DNA from: Bacteroidota bacterium
GTDB taxonomy: Bacteria > Bacteroidota > Bacteroidia > CAILMK01 > JACPUW01
Assembly: GCA_016192035.1 (NCBI GenBank)
Contig: JACPUW010000032.1
Location: forward strand, 1,450-65,449
DNA: 64,000 bases
Direction of reading: 5' to 3'
Positions 10,609 through 19,660 of the stretch are shown in pieces; the stretch's first letter is position 1, and each line of letters starts with the position of its first letter. The position numbers and the translations under genes are program-made. The notes beneath the pieces were generated by a model that was not told the DNA's origin, did not search any database, and was given only the letters and a program-made list of their open reading frames with translations.

Positions 10609-11358
10609 CTACTTATTCATTAATGCAATAGGGGCAAATGATAACCCTATCGAAATGACATTGAAGCCTTTATTAGAAAACCCGGAATGTGCGGCAAATG
10701 GGTTGCGGGTATTATTGGAAAAAAAAAACTGAATGTTCCCACCAAGTCCACCGTGCCAGTAACCAAATTGAAAGGCAATATCGTTGGACCACATGGTGGG
10801 GTTTACCAAATTGGGGTCATTTTCAAAGGCTTCTTGATATTCCATGGCATGTTTGCCGTAGTACACCATATGTACGTGGTTAAATTTCCAGTTGCTAAGA
10901 CGAAATGCACCCGATATGTAAAACTTGCCGGGTTGGTACCTAAATGAAGGCTGGAATGCGAACCTATACATATTGGCATTAAAATTTGCTGTCAGATTTC
11001 CCAGTAGCCCATCGGTCCAACCCGTTTTCCCTGTTGTACCTAAGGCACTGCAATTTATAACCATCACGGAATTCAGTCTATAAAACCCGTGAATGCCCAT
11101 TTCGCCGTGAATCTGCTTGTAAGAAAAGGTCGCCAAATTCTCCCACTCCATATCGTGAAATCCGCCTCCCAAGCTCAGTCCCAAATGATTTGTGGGCGCA
11201 TACATCAGGTTGCCGCTTAGGCCGAGCACATATGTTTGAGCACTGGCTACCAAATCACCCTTTTCTTCCAACAAAGGCAATTGTACAGTGGTGGGTATGG
11301 CCGCGCAAGCACCAAGCAACCAGCCAATGAGGGCAAAATATATCACTTTGTTTTTCAT
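10609..11358 (-). CDS. Hypothetical lipoprotein (probable outer-membrane protein)
   Basis: The 249-aa ORF has a signal peptide with lipobox LLGAC. The mature protein is rich in aromatic residues and Gly. Confidence 0.5.
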   Translation of the reverse strand: MKNKVIYFALIGWLLGACAAIPTTVQLPLLEEKGDLVASAQTYVLGLSGNLMYAPTNHLGLSLGGGFHDMEWENLATFSYKQIHGEMGIHGFYRLNSVMVINCSALGTTGKTGWTDGLLGNLTANFNANMYRFAFQPSFRYQPGKFYISGAFRLSNWKFNHVHMVYYGKHAMEYQEAFENDPNLVNPTMWSNDIAFQFGYWHGGLGGNIQFFFSNNTRNPFAAHSGFSNKGFNVISIGLSFAPIALMNK

Positions 11359-11375
11359 ATAACTGTAGGGATTAC

Positions 11376-12749
11376 TTATTCTACGAACTTAGTCATGGCC
11401 TTGCGGAATGCCGCTTTTATTCCTTCGGCACCCAAATGTACATTATTGCGCACTACCCATTTACCCGCTACCAAAGTTCCCAGGTTTGCCGTAGCATCTG
11501 CGGCAAAGAGGTATTTGGGCAGAAGGTGTTCGGGCTGAAAAACCGACCATAATGGATAATTGGCATCAAGCACCACCGCATCAAGGGGTGCACCTATGTC
11601 AAAACCCACAACCTGATGCAAACCCATGGCTCTGGCCCCTGCGGCAAATGCCTGGGTATAACCCCAGTCATGCGCGGGAACCCTGAAAGTATCCCTTCTT
11701 TGCCTCTTGAGCCGCTGTCCGTAATCCAGCAAGCGGAATTCGCCCTTTGGATCCAAGCCTATTTGGCTATCGGTGCCTATGCTCCAGCTGCCTCCTGCCG
11801 CCATGTACTCCAAAAGTGGAAAAATACCGTCGCCCAAGTTGCCTTCCGTACTTGGGCACAATACCACCTGCGCCCCACTGCGGGCCAGGGCTGCGGTTTC
11901 CTCATGGGTCATATGGGTGGCGTGTACCAAGTGCCATTGGCTGCTCACAGGCATGTTGTGGAGCAACCACTCTACGGGACGGGCTCCGAGAAAAGCCTGG
12001 GCTTCTTCTACTTCCCGTATTTGCTCTGCTATGTGCATATGGATGGGCAGTGAGGCGGCAAAGGGCAAAGTTTCCAGGGCAGCCTGTGGGTCCACGGCCC
12101 TAAGGGAATGTAGGCCAAACCCCAACTTGGCCCCATGGTAGGCCGACACTACGCGCCGGCTTGCATCCAATAGTTGCAGGTACCTTTCAGATGTTTCACA
12201 TAAAAACCGCCTTTGGTCATGCCCAGGGACCTGGCCAAATCCGCCGTTTTTGTAAAAAATAGGAATCAGTGTAATATGAATTCCTGCCGCTTGGGCAGCA
12301 CGCACCAGGCGTTCGCCCATTTCGGCCAGGTGGGCATAGGGCTTACCCGCTGGGTCGTGGTGCAGGTAGTGAAACTCGGCCACATGGGTAAATCCATGGC
12401 GGAGCATTTCGGCGTACAGCATGGTGGCTATGGCTTCCAATTGTTCCGGATTTACCTGTAGGGCCACCTGGTACATGGCATTGCGCCAAGTCCAGAAATC
12501 ATCATTTGTACCTTGTGCTGCCCGTTCGGCTGTTCCCGCCATGGCGTATTGAAAAGCATGGGAATGTGCATTGACAAATCCGGGCAAGGCATATCCATCC
12601 ACCCATTCTATCTGTTTTTCCATAGGCTTGGTGGCAGCAATTGCGCATATAGTGCCCTGCGCATCTATTTCCACAAAGGCGGGTTCAATCCACTTCCCAG
12701 TGGAGTACAAACCATTGAACCTAAATACCTTATTGTTCATTTTGCCCAA
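11376..12749 (-). CDS. hutF: Formimidoylglutamate deiminase (amidohydrolase superfamily)
   Basis: The 457-aa ORF has the metal-binding HSHAFQ motif of the amidohydrolase/guanine-deaminase class. It lies directly upstream of an N-formylglutamate amidohydrolase, which is the classic HutF-HutG(FGase) pairing. Confidence 0.65.
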   Translation of the reverse strand: MGKMNNKVFRFNGLYSTGKWIEPAFVEIDAQGTICAIAATKPMEKQIEWVDGYALPGFVNAHSHAFQYAMAGTAERAAQGTNDDFWTWRNAMYQVALQVNPEQLEAIATMLYAEMLRHGFTHVAEFHYLHHDPAGKPYAHLAEMGERLVRAAQAAGIHITLIPIFYKNGGFGQVPGHDQRRFLCETSERYLQLLDASRRVVSAYHGAKLGFGLHSLRAVDPQAALETLPFAASLPIHMHIAEQIREVEEAQAFLGARPVEWLLHNMPVSSQWHLVHATHMTHEETAALARSGAQVVLCPSTEGNLGDGIFPLLEYMAAGGSWSIGTDSQIGLDPKGEFRLLDYGQRLKRQRRDTFRVPAHDWGYTQAFAAGARAMGLHQVVGFDIGAPLDAVVLDANYPLWSVFQPEHLLPKYLFAADATANLGTLVAGKWVVRNNVHLGAEGIKAAFRKAMTKFVE

Positions 12750-13650
12750 TATATTTAATCAATTTTTGAAAAAACGACATTAAATGCTCCCTCATGGACT
12801 GGGCACGCCCGGCCTCCCATTCCTTTTCCCCACTGTCCATATACAGGTCTTTACAGCGCTCCAATTGGAGTGCATGCTGGTGTTTGGCCGGATTGCCAAA
12901 GTAGCGGGTGATGTGCCCGCCCGAAAATGGGGTATCCACTTGAAGCCGGTAAGCACTCCCGGCATATGCCTGTACGGTTAAGTCTATAAGGGCTTTATCA
13001 GCGCTCAAGCCCCGGTTGGTACCCAAAATGCAATCGGAAAACCGATGGGCTTGAATGGATGGCACCACCGAACGGATGCTATGGGCATCATACAATATGG
13101 CTATGCCAAATTCATGGATAAAATCATGGATAATTCCCTGAATGGCCTCATAGTATGGCCAGTAATAATGGGCTAACCTATGCCCAATTTCCTGCGCATC
13201 GGGTTCCATGCTTGGCAGGTAAAGGGCATTTCCCAAAAAATCGGTGATGGGGCATAGTCCGGTAATCAATCGGCCATCACTGTACAACGGCTGGTTGGCG
13301 GGGTCGCGGTTTAGGTCTATTACCCAGCGGCATAGGTGTGCCTCAATGGTGGTTATACCCAAATCATGGGCAAAGTCATACAATTTGGGCAAGTACCAAT
13401 CCACATCATCCATGTTGGCCAACATATTGGCGTTCATGGTGCTTTTAATATGTGGTGGTATGTAATGGCCACTATGCGGAAAACCAATAAGAATGGGAAC
13501 CCTGTTTGTATTTGGTTGGCCAATGCTGAAAATGTCCAAATGGATGTACTTTAGCACAAATTTATGCGAATGAGCACCGCTTTCAGGACGCTTCAAATAC
13601 TCGTCTTGGCCTGTTTGCCCCTGTATGTCATGGCAGGCACCCCAGCACAT
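12730..13650 (-). CDS. N-formylglutamate amidohydrolase family protein
   Basis: The 306-aa ORF resembles the FGase family (…ILIGFPHSGHYIP…). Its end overlaps hutF by 20 nt. The true start may be the in-frame GTG at 13557 (MLKYIHLD…), which would remove the overlap with the divergent gene that starts at 13564. Confidence 0.55.
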   Translation of the reverse strand: MCWGACHDIQGQTGQDEYLKRPESGAHSHKFVLKYIHLDIFSIGQPNTNRVPILIGFPHSGHYIPPHIKSTMNANMLANMDDVDWYLPKLYDFAHDLGITTIEAHLCRWVIDLNRDPANQPLYSDGRLITGLCPITDFLGNALYLPSMEPDAQEIGHRLAHYYWPYYEAIQGIIHDFIHEFGIAILYDAHSIRSVVPSIQAHRFSDCILGTNRGLSADKALIDLTVQAYAGSAYRLQVDTPFSGGHITRYFGNPAKHQHALQLERCKDLYMDSGEKEWEAGRAQSMREHLMSFFQKLIKYIGQNEQ

Positions 13651-14469
13651 TCAGTAAAATTTAAGTTATTCGGCAACAAAATCTTCTTTACAGCCTATAT
13701 ACTTGATAGTCAAAAAATAGAAGTGCTTTTTGACCCTGGCGCCTATGCCTATCTCCACGCCGGCACCGCACAGAAATACCATATAGAATATACAGAAACC
13801 GGCAAAATGGCCAGTATGAACGGGGCAAAGGAGACCAACATGTTTACCAAATTTCCAGTGCTCTTTGACGGGTTGATAGATACGTTTGAAACCATTCGCT
13901 CGCAGGCCACGGCACCCTATTTAGAAAAGCGGGTTGACATGGTTTTTGGAAAAGAATGGGCTGACAAGTATGTGGTATATATAGACTACCAGTCGAGCCA
14001 AATCCATTTATACGAAACAGGAAATTTTAATGTCCCTGATGGATTTTTGCCCATTAAAACGGTGAGTTGGCACCGGTATCCCGTGGTAAGGTCATGGTTT
14101 GTGATGGAAAATGGCGACTCTGCCGAATTGAGGGTAGAGCTCAACGTGGGCAGTGAGGTGGGATTTCAATTGGACAAATTTGCCACCAATGAATACAAGA
14201 TGGATAAAATACAGACAGACAAAGGTTTTATGCGGGTATATGGCAGTGACGGAAAGGGCCTTGAGGGCATACTTACCTACATGCCGGCCATACAGATAGG
14301 CCAAATGCGACAAACCAGGGTAAGAGGTGGGTATTTCAAAGAAGGATACAGCAGCGGCGATGGTGAATTTGTGCACGGCATAGTGGGAATGGAGTTTTTG
14401 AAATGGTATGAGTTGGTGCTTGACCGTTGGTCGGGCACGGTATATTACCGGCCTAAAGCACAGGAGTAA
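13564..14469 (+). CDS. Secreted retropepsin-like (clan AA aspartyl-protease-like) protein, catalytic motif variant DPG
   Basis: The 301-aa ORF has a signal peptide. LFDPGAYA aligns to the D(T/S)GA of bacterial retropepsin-like proteins. GIVGMEFLKWYELVLD matches their conserved C-terminal ILGxDFL segment. Confidence 0.45.
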   Translation: MRMSTAFRTLQILVLACLPLYVMAGTPAHSVKFKLFGNKIFFTAYILDSQKIEVLFDPGAYAYLHAGTAQKYHIEYTETGKMASMNGAKETNMFTKFPVLFDGLIDTFETIRSQATAPYLEKRVDMVFGKEWADKYVVYIDYQSSQIHLYETGNFNVPDGFLPIKTVSWHRYPVVRSWFVMENGDSAELRVELNVGSEVGFQLDKFATNEYKMDKIQTDKGFMRVYGSDGKGLEGILTYMPAIQIGQMRQTRVRGGYFKEGYSSGDGEFVHGIVGMEFLKWYELVLDRWSGTVYYRPKAQE

Positions 14470-14516
14470 ACCGAAGTACTACTGTGGAACGCCCATGATA
14501 CAGAAATCTGGCAGGC

Positions 14517-14816
14517 TTGGAGATTAAGAAGCGACACACGGGCAAACAAGTTGAAGCCCAACCCGAAGAAGCACCAGCAATACCGGCGCCCGCTCAGGCC
14601 GACCCCCTGCACGGGGTAAAGCTGGCCGATATACTGGCATATTTAGTGAAAACGCACGGCTGGGAGGCCATGGGCAGGCGTATAGCCATCAAGTGTTTCA
14701 CCCACGGGCCAAGTGTTTCGTCCAGTTTACATTTCTTGCGCCGCACGCCATGGGCCAGGGCTAAGGTAGAGGCTTGGTATAGGGAGGATGCGTTGAAAGG
14801 GTCAAAATTGTCCTAG
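14517..14816 (+). CDS. VF530/DUF2132 family small putative DNA-binding protein
   Basis: The 99-aa ORF has the core LHGVKLADILAYLVKTHGWEAMGRRIAIKCF…LHFLRRTPWARAKVEAWY, which matches DUF2132. The start is a TTG in the ORF track, and the N-terminus is Pro/Ala-rich. Confidence 0.5.
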   Translation: MEIKKRHTGKQVEAQPEEAPAIPAPAQADPLHGVKLADILAYLVKTHGWEAMGRRIAIKCFTHGPSVSSSLHFLRRTPWARAKVEAWYREDALKGSKLS

Positions 14817-14999
14817 CCCTACTCACTCCTACACCCAATGGTTAATTTGAAATTTAGCATATTGGCAGAATAACCGGTTTTTCCATGCATAGGTCCCCTC
14901 CTTGGTGGATCAACTTAATTGGCGGCAGGCCAGTACATCATAAATAATATTCAGTCAAGCGCAGAATTCAAACAATTCAACATATTTGAGAAAAAAAGC

Positions 15000-16220
15000 A
15001 TGAATCGGCTTTTAGTCATCTTATTGTCCATTTGTACATTTCACCTAACCAAAGGCCAAGGATACCCCAACCTAGACCGCGTTACCTCAGGCAATCCCCG
15101 GCTTTATGAAGTCATTCAACAGTCGTGGATAGCCAATGAACATCCAAATAGATTGGCCCTTTCGCCTGTGATATTTCCATTGTTTACCAGGCACATACCC
15201 CTAAGGCCAAGTGAAGGCAGCTGGCTGCAGGTTTTTGAGGCCGACATACACCTGCGATATACCATTGCCATGGGCCGGGAATCTTCAAATGATTTGTACC
15301 GACGGGGAAAGTTCACATTTGACTATTCACCCAATTTTAGAATGCTTTCGTCTGAATCCCTTCCACTTACGCCAATGAACAATAAAGTAGGCTTTGGGTT
15401 AAATTTTAATATTTGGAACAGCATTTTGGGTTTTCCCACCAATTCTGAAGAACCTGAACCCATTGTTAAACCCAGTGAGAGCCTGCATCTGGTTGACCTG
15501 TTGGTGCAAGCACACCATTACAGCAACGGCCAGGCACCTGGGATTTACTATTACCCGAACGAGCCTGACCTAACCCAGAAGCGCAATGATTACCTTGGAG
15601 GCGATTTTAGCACCAATTACCTATATGCGGAATTTACTTTCGGGCAATTATATAACCACACACTTAAACAGTTAAGCCTTGGAATAAGGCTAGATGGCGC
15701 TGTATTTGGCCTTATACCGTTTTCTGAAGAGCAGGAATACAGTTATGGCAAAGTTCGACTCAGGATGACTTATTGCACGAAATCAGCACCCAAGAAACGG
15801 ATCTTTCGCAAATTGCTATTGGATGGTAAGGGATGTCCGGATTCTTGGAAACAAGATGGAGTGTCGTACTTATTTTACAAGACCTTTTGTATCAACACCC
15901 GTTTTTGGGCCGAGCTAATAACTTCAAATCTGGATAACTACCAAGCCAATGCCCTTGACCGCGATGGAGTTCCAATTACAGCGAAATACCGTTTATCGGC
16001 TGGGGGAATGCTGGAACTGGCACCGAGCAACCACCGTTCCGTTGGGTATTTCGCTATGCTTTATGCGGGTAGGGATTACCTAAACGTGCGATATGATGAC
16101 ATTATCTGGACTTTTCAAGCCGGACTTACCATCACCTTCAACAAGTATGTGCCCGCCACCTGGCAATCAAAAGAAACCGTGTATGGCATAGCCAACGAAC
16201 CCACATCAAAAGACCGTTAA
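15000..16220 (+). CDS. Hypothetical secreted protein (possible outer-membrane protein)
   Basis: Within ORF 14919..16220, the internal start MNRLLVILLSICTFHLTKGQG gives a clean signal peptide. The mature protein is about 380 aa and rich in Tyr/Asn/Gly. Confidence 0.5.
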   Translation: MNRLLVILLSICTFHLTKGQGYPNLDRVTSGNPRLYEVIQQSWIANEHPNRLALSPVIFPLFTRHIPLRPSEGSWLQVFEADIHLRYTIAMGRESSNDLYRRGKFTFDYSPNFRMLSSESLPLTPMNNKVGFGLNFNIWNSILGFPTNSEEPEPIVKPSESLHLVDLLVQAHHYSNGQAPGIYYYPNEPDLTQKRNDYLGGDFSTNYLYAEFTFGQLYNHTLKQLSLGIRLDGAVFGLIPFSEEQEYSYGKVRLRMTYCTKSAPKKRIFRKLLLDGKGCPDSWKQDGVSYLFYKTFCINTRFWAELITSNLDNYQANALDRDGVPITAKYRLSAGGMLELAPSNHRSVGYFAMLYAGRDYLNVRYDDIIWTFQAGLTITFNKYVPATWQSKETVYGIANEPTSKDR

Positions 16221-16263
16221 TAATAGCATTGGCGCACTTATCAGGCCATGTTACACTATACCA

Positions 16264-16297
16264 CAAAAAAACCCGGCAGGTAAGGCCGGGTTTCTCA
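16264..16297. terminator. Bidirectional rho-independent terminator between convergent genes
   Basis: An A-run, then stem ACCCGGC (16271-16277), a 7-nt loop, stem GCCGGGT (16285-16291), then a T-rich tract. It lies between the stops at 16220 (+) and 16313 (-). Confidence 0.55.
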
Positions 16298-16312
16298 CTA
16301 TTTAATATTTTA

Positions 16313-17596
16313 TTACTTGATATACAGCTTTTTGGTGCTAATCTCGCCACCTGCCCTCAGGGTTACCAAGTACAAACCCGGTTGAAAAGCACTTACATCA
16401 AGTACCATCTCATCGCCTGAAGTTATTTGCCGCTTGTGGTACACGGTTTTTCCAGTGATGTTTACTACCTGCAAGTCCAGTTCGCCCCCATTGGTCCAGG
16501 CCAAGCCTTTCACTACCAATTTGTCATGGGCGGGGTTGGGGTACAATGCTACTTGGGCCAATGATTCAGCGGGTTTGATGCCTATACCTACCTCCTTTAC
16601 CTTGCGTATCAAGTGATTGTCAAAATCGGCTACATATAGGCTTTTCTCGGCATCCACATACATCATCTGGTACACCATTTCAAACATGGCAAATGTGTCG
16701 CGCTTGTTGGTCTTATACCCACAATCATTTGCAAAGGTGCTTCCGGCCATTACTTGGAATTTATCGGTGCCTACCTCATAGCGGCGCAGAGAGCACCCGT
16801 CTGAGAGCACCCATTGGTTGCCTACTTTTTCTATATCGGTAACATTGAATAGGTTGCCCATATTGAATGACCAATCGTAATCAGGAAAAAGGCTCACCGT
16901 GCTCACTTTTCCACCCGAAATTTTGCGCACTGCCCCGGCATCGGCCACATAAATGTCATTGCCATCGATATACAGGCCCGTAGGCGATAGAAACTTGGCT
17001 TTGGAGAGGGCGTCACCATCATCCGTACCTGTTTTGCCTACTTGTCCGGCTATGATGCTAACGGTACCGGCCGCGTCAATTTTCTTAACCACATAGTTCT
17101 GTCTGTCTGCTACATATAGGTTTCCCACCGCATCCACTTCCACATCGGATGGATCGTTAAAACCGGTAAAGTCAGCCGCCATGCTTGAGGTAATAGAAGT
17201 AAGGTTTGAAATGTTTATCAACCGCACCACATTGTTTCCGGCATCACATACTACCATGATTTCGTTTCCGCCGCGTTCGGTAATGAGAATGCCTTTGGGC
17301 GATGAAAAACGTATGGCCACCCCCTGCCCGTCGGTATAACCAGGGGTGTTTACGGCCCCAACAGCCATTTTAAAGGAAGATCCATTGTGATATACCAAGT
17401 TATGCCCACCTGTGTTGCAAATCCAGAGGTTGCCCCGGCTGTCAAAGGCCATACCGTAGGGCTGGTTGATATTATTAGATGGCTTTCCAACCGCTCCTAA
17501 ATGATCGGTAACCTCATAGTTCTGAGCCCGTACCGGCTGGATCGTTGTCGCTAGCAAAATGCAGGCAGCGTACATGATAGTAATAGCTGATCTCAT
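16313..17596 (-). CDS. NHL-repeat beta-propeller protein with T9SS type-A C-terminal sorting domain
   Basis: The C-terminal ~80 aa (LYPNPAHDKLVV…LDVSAFQPGLYLVTLRAGGEISTKKLYIK) match the Por_Secre_tail / type-A CTD. NHL-like repeats precede it. The start is reassigned to the internal ATG at 17596 (MRSAITIMYAACILLATTIQPVRAQ, a signal peptide). This removes the ORF-track overlap with purC. Confidence 0.7.
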   Translation of the reverse strand: MRSAITIMYAACILLATTIQPVRAQNYEVTDHLGAVGKPSNNINQPYGMAFDSRGNLWICNTGGHNLVYHNGSSFKMAVGAVNTPGYTDGQGVAIRFSSPKGILITERGGNEIMVVCDAGNNVVRLINISNLTSITSSMAADFTGFNDPSDVEVDAVGNLYVADRQNYVVKKIDAAGTVSIIAGQVGKTGTDDGDALSKAKFLSPTGLYIDGNDIYVADAGAVRKISGGKVSTVSLFPDYDWSFNMGNLFNVTDIEKVGNQWVLSDGCSLRRYEVGTDKFQVMAGSTFANDCGYKTNKRDTFAMFEMVYQMMYVDAEKSLYVADFDNHLIRKVKEVGIGIKPAESLAQVALYPNPAHDKLVVKGLAWTNGGELDLQVVNITGKTVYHKRQITSGDEMVLDVSAFQPGLYLVTLRAGGEISTKKLYIK

Positions 17597-17606
17597 AGAA
17601 ATTGAA

Positions 17607-18590
17607 TTAGCTGCCAAAAATAAACTTATAGTGCCAATCAGGCAACTGCTGTAGGAAAGCGAGAATGGAATGTTCCATAAGTTGGGCCACCTCTCCCCGC
17701 TCAGAACCCTGAAACGGTTTGCCCAAGAGCCGTTCATAAAGTTCAAAATACCTGGTTTGAATAAGTTCCACCCTTTCATTGTCCATTTGCGGCATAGACT
17801 GTCCATCCAGGCCTTGAAATCCTTGCTGTATAAGCCATTCCCGCACAAATTCTTTGGAAAGGTGGGTCAGTGGAAGCCCTTTTGAGATGTTTTCTGCATA
17901 CCCATCAAGGTAAAAATACCTGGATGAGTCAGGTGTGTGGACCTCATCTATGAGCATAACCTTATCGCGGTAAAGGCCAAACTCATACTTGGTATCGGCG
18001 AGTATGAGTCCGCGCTGGTGGGCCATGCGGGTACCCATCTCAAAAAGTTGCCGGGTATATTGCTCCATTTCCATATACACCTCATGGGGTACCAAGCCGG
18101 TATCCAGTATTTCTTCACGGCTTATGTCCATGTCATGGCCTTCTGGCGCTTTGGTGGCAGGTGTTATGATGGGCACAGGAAAAGCCATGTTTTCCCTAAG
18201 GCCATCGGGCAGCGCTACCCCACAAAGGCTTCTTGCACCTCCCTCATAGATACGCCAGGCATGGCCCACACAGTATCCCCTGATAACCATTTCAATACGG
18301 ATAGGCTCTGCCTTAATCCCTACCGAAACCGCAGGATGCGGGCAGCCCAGTAGCCAGTTGGGCACCACAGGGCGGGTATCTTCAAGAAAATGAGCCGCTA
18401 TCTGGTTGAGCACTTCGCCCTTGTAGGGTATGGGTTTGGGCAGTATATGGTCAAAGGCCGAAATGCGGTCGGTGGCTATCATCACCAGCAAATCGCCTTT
18501 TAGTTCATACACTTCACGCACCTTGCCGGTGTATTTGCCTATTTGTCCCGGAAAATGAAAATCCGTCTGTGTAATGGCTATTTCACTCAT
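17607..18590 (-). CDS. purC: Phosphoribosylaminoimidazole-succinocarboxamide synthase (SAICAR synthetase)
   Basis: The 327-aa ORF has the long-form PurC N-terminus (…GKVREVYELKGDLLVMIATDRISAFD…). Confidence 0.9.
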   Translation of the reverse strand: MSEIAITQTDFHFPGQIGKYTGKVREVYELKGDLLVMIATDRISAFDHILPKPIPYKGEVLNQIAAHFLEDTRPVVPNWLLGCPHPAVSVGIKAEPIRIEMVIRGYCVGHAWRIYEGGARSLCGVALPDGLRENMAFPVPIITPATKAPEGHDMDISREEILDTGLVPHEVYMEMEQYTRQLFEMGTRMAHQRGLILADTKYEFGLYRDKVMLIDEVHTPDSSRYFYLDGYAENISKGLPLTHLSKEFVREWLIQQGFQGLDGQSMPQMDNERVELIQTRYFELYERLLGKPFQGSERGEVAQLMEHSILAFLQQLPDWHYKFIFGS

Positions 18591-19549
18591 CTTTCGTTAT
18601 TGGTATCGTTTTCGTAGGCCGTTATGATGCGCTTGACCAAACGGTGCCTTATCACATCGCGGGTATCAAAAAAAACCTGGCCTATACCTTCTATATCGCG
18701 CAGTATCCGGAGTGCGGTGGGAAGGCCGCTCATGGTTTTTTTTGGCAAGTCAATCTGGGTAAGGTCGCCATTTACAATTACTTTGGCCTCTGGGCCCATT
18801 CGGGTGAGGAACATTTTAAGTTGTGCTTCGGTACAATTCTGGGCTTCATCCAAGATCACAAAAGCATTGTTGAGCGTTCGCCCTCGCATAAATGCCAGAG
18901 GGGCAATTTCTATAACCCTATTTTCCAAATACATGCGTAGTTTTTCAGGCGACAGCATGTCATCAAGGGCATCATATAGCGGCCTGAGGTAAGGGTCTAT
19001 TTTATCCTTAAGGTCGCCGGGCAAGAAACCCAGGTTCTCCCCTGCCTCCACGGCTGGTCGGGTAAGGATTATGCGCTTTACAGTTTTTTGTTTCAGGGCC
19101 CTTACGGCCAGCGCCACAGATGTGTAGGTTTTTCCTGTCCCCGCAGGGCCTATGGCAAACACCAAGTCAGATTTGCCCACTACATCAACCAGCTCATGCT
19201 GGTGCAGCGTACGGGCCTTTACCGCTTGCCCTCTTTCTGTACTGATGATGCTTCCATTTCCTTTAGCCAGTGTGTCGCCCGTTTGAGCACTTGTTTCCTG
19301 GCTGCTGAGAAGCTCAGCTACCCGCTCTTGGTCTAAGGGCCCCAATTTACTCATTTTCACCATCATTAATAGCTTGTCCTCCACTGGGTCCAGTTCGTCT
19401 TCATCCCCCATTATCTTAAGCTCATTGCCCCTGGCCACAAACTTCACTCGGGGAAATGCTTTCTTGAGAAGGGTAAAATTTTCATTGTTTGGCCCAAACA
19501 ATTCTACCGGGTGGGCTTGGTCAAGTAAAAACTTCTTTTCTTTCAACAA
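18587..19549 (-). CDS. phoH: PhoH-family ATPase
   Basis: The 320-aa ORF has Walker A GPAGTGKT, Walker B ILDEAQN, and the PhoH C-terminal region. It overlaps purC by 4 nt. Confidence 0.85.
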   Translation of the reverse strand: MLKEKKFLLDQAHPVELFGPNNENFTLLKKAFPRVKFVARGNELKIMGDEDELDPVEDKLLMMVKMSKLGPLDQERVAELLSSQETSAQTGDTLAKGNGSIISTERGQAVKARTLHQHELVDVVGKSDLVFAIGPAGTGKTYTSVALAVRALKQKTVKRIILTRPAVEAGENLGFLPGDLKDKIDPYLRPLYDALDDMLSPEKLRMYLENRVIEIAPLAFMRGRTLNNAFVILDEAQNCTEAQLKMFLTRMGPEAKVIVNGDLTQIDLPKKTMSGLPTALRILRDIEGIGQVFFDTRDVIRHRLVKRIITAYENDTNNER

Positions 19550-19660
19550 TCAATTTGAGAATTACAAAAATAAAGCGGGGTACTATGGCCCGCATTGGCT
19601 GTCCAAAAGCAAAATCCACGTGTTAATTCAAAATAACTTTGTGGTTCCTTTTACGCCTGC

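Noticed and set aside
17597-17848. N-terminal 84-codon extension of the NHL/T9SS ORF overlapping purC
   Set aside because: An internal ATG at 17596 yields a textbook signal peptide and removes a 240-nt overlap with the conserved purC C-terminus.
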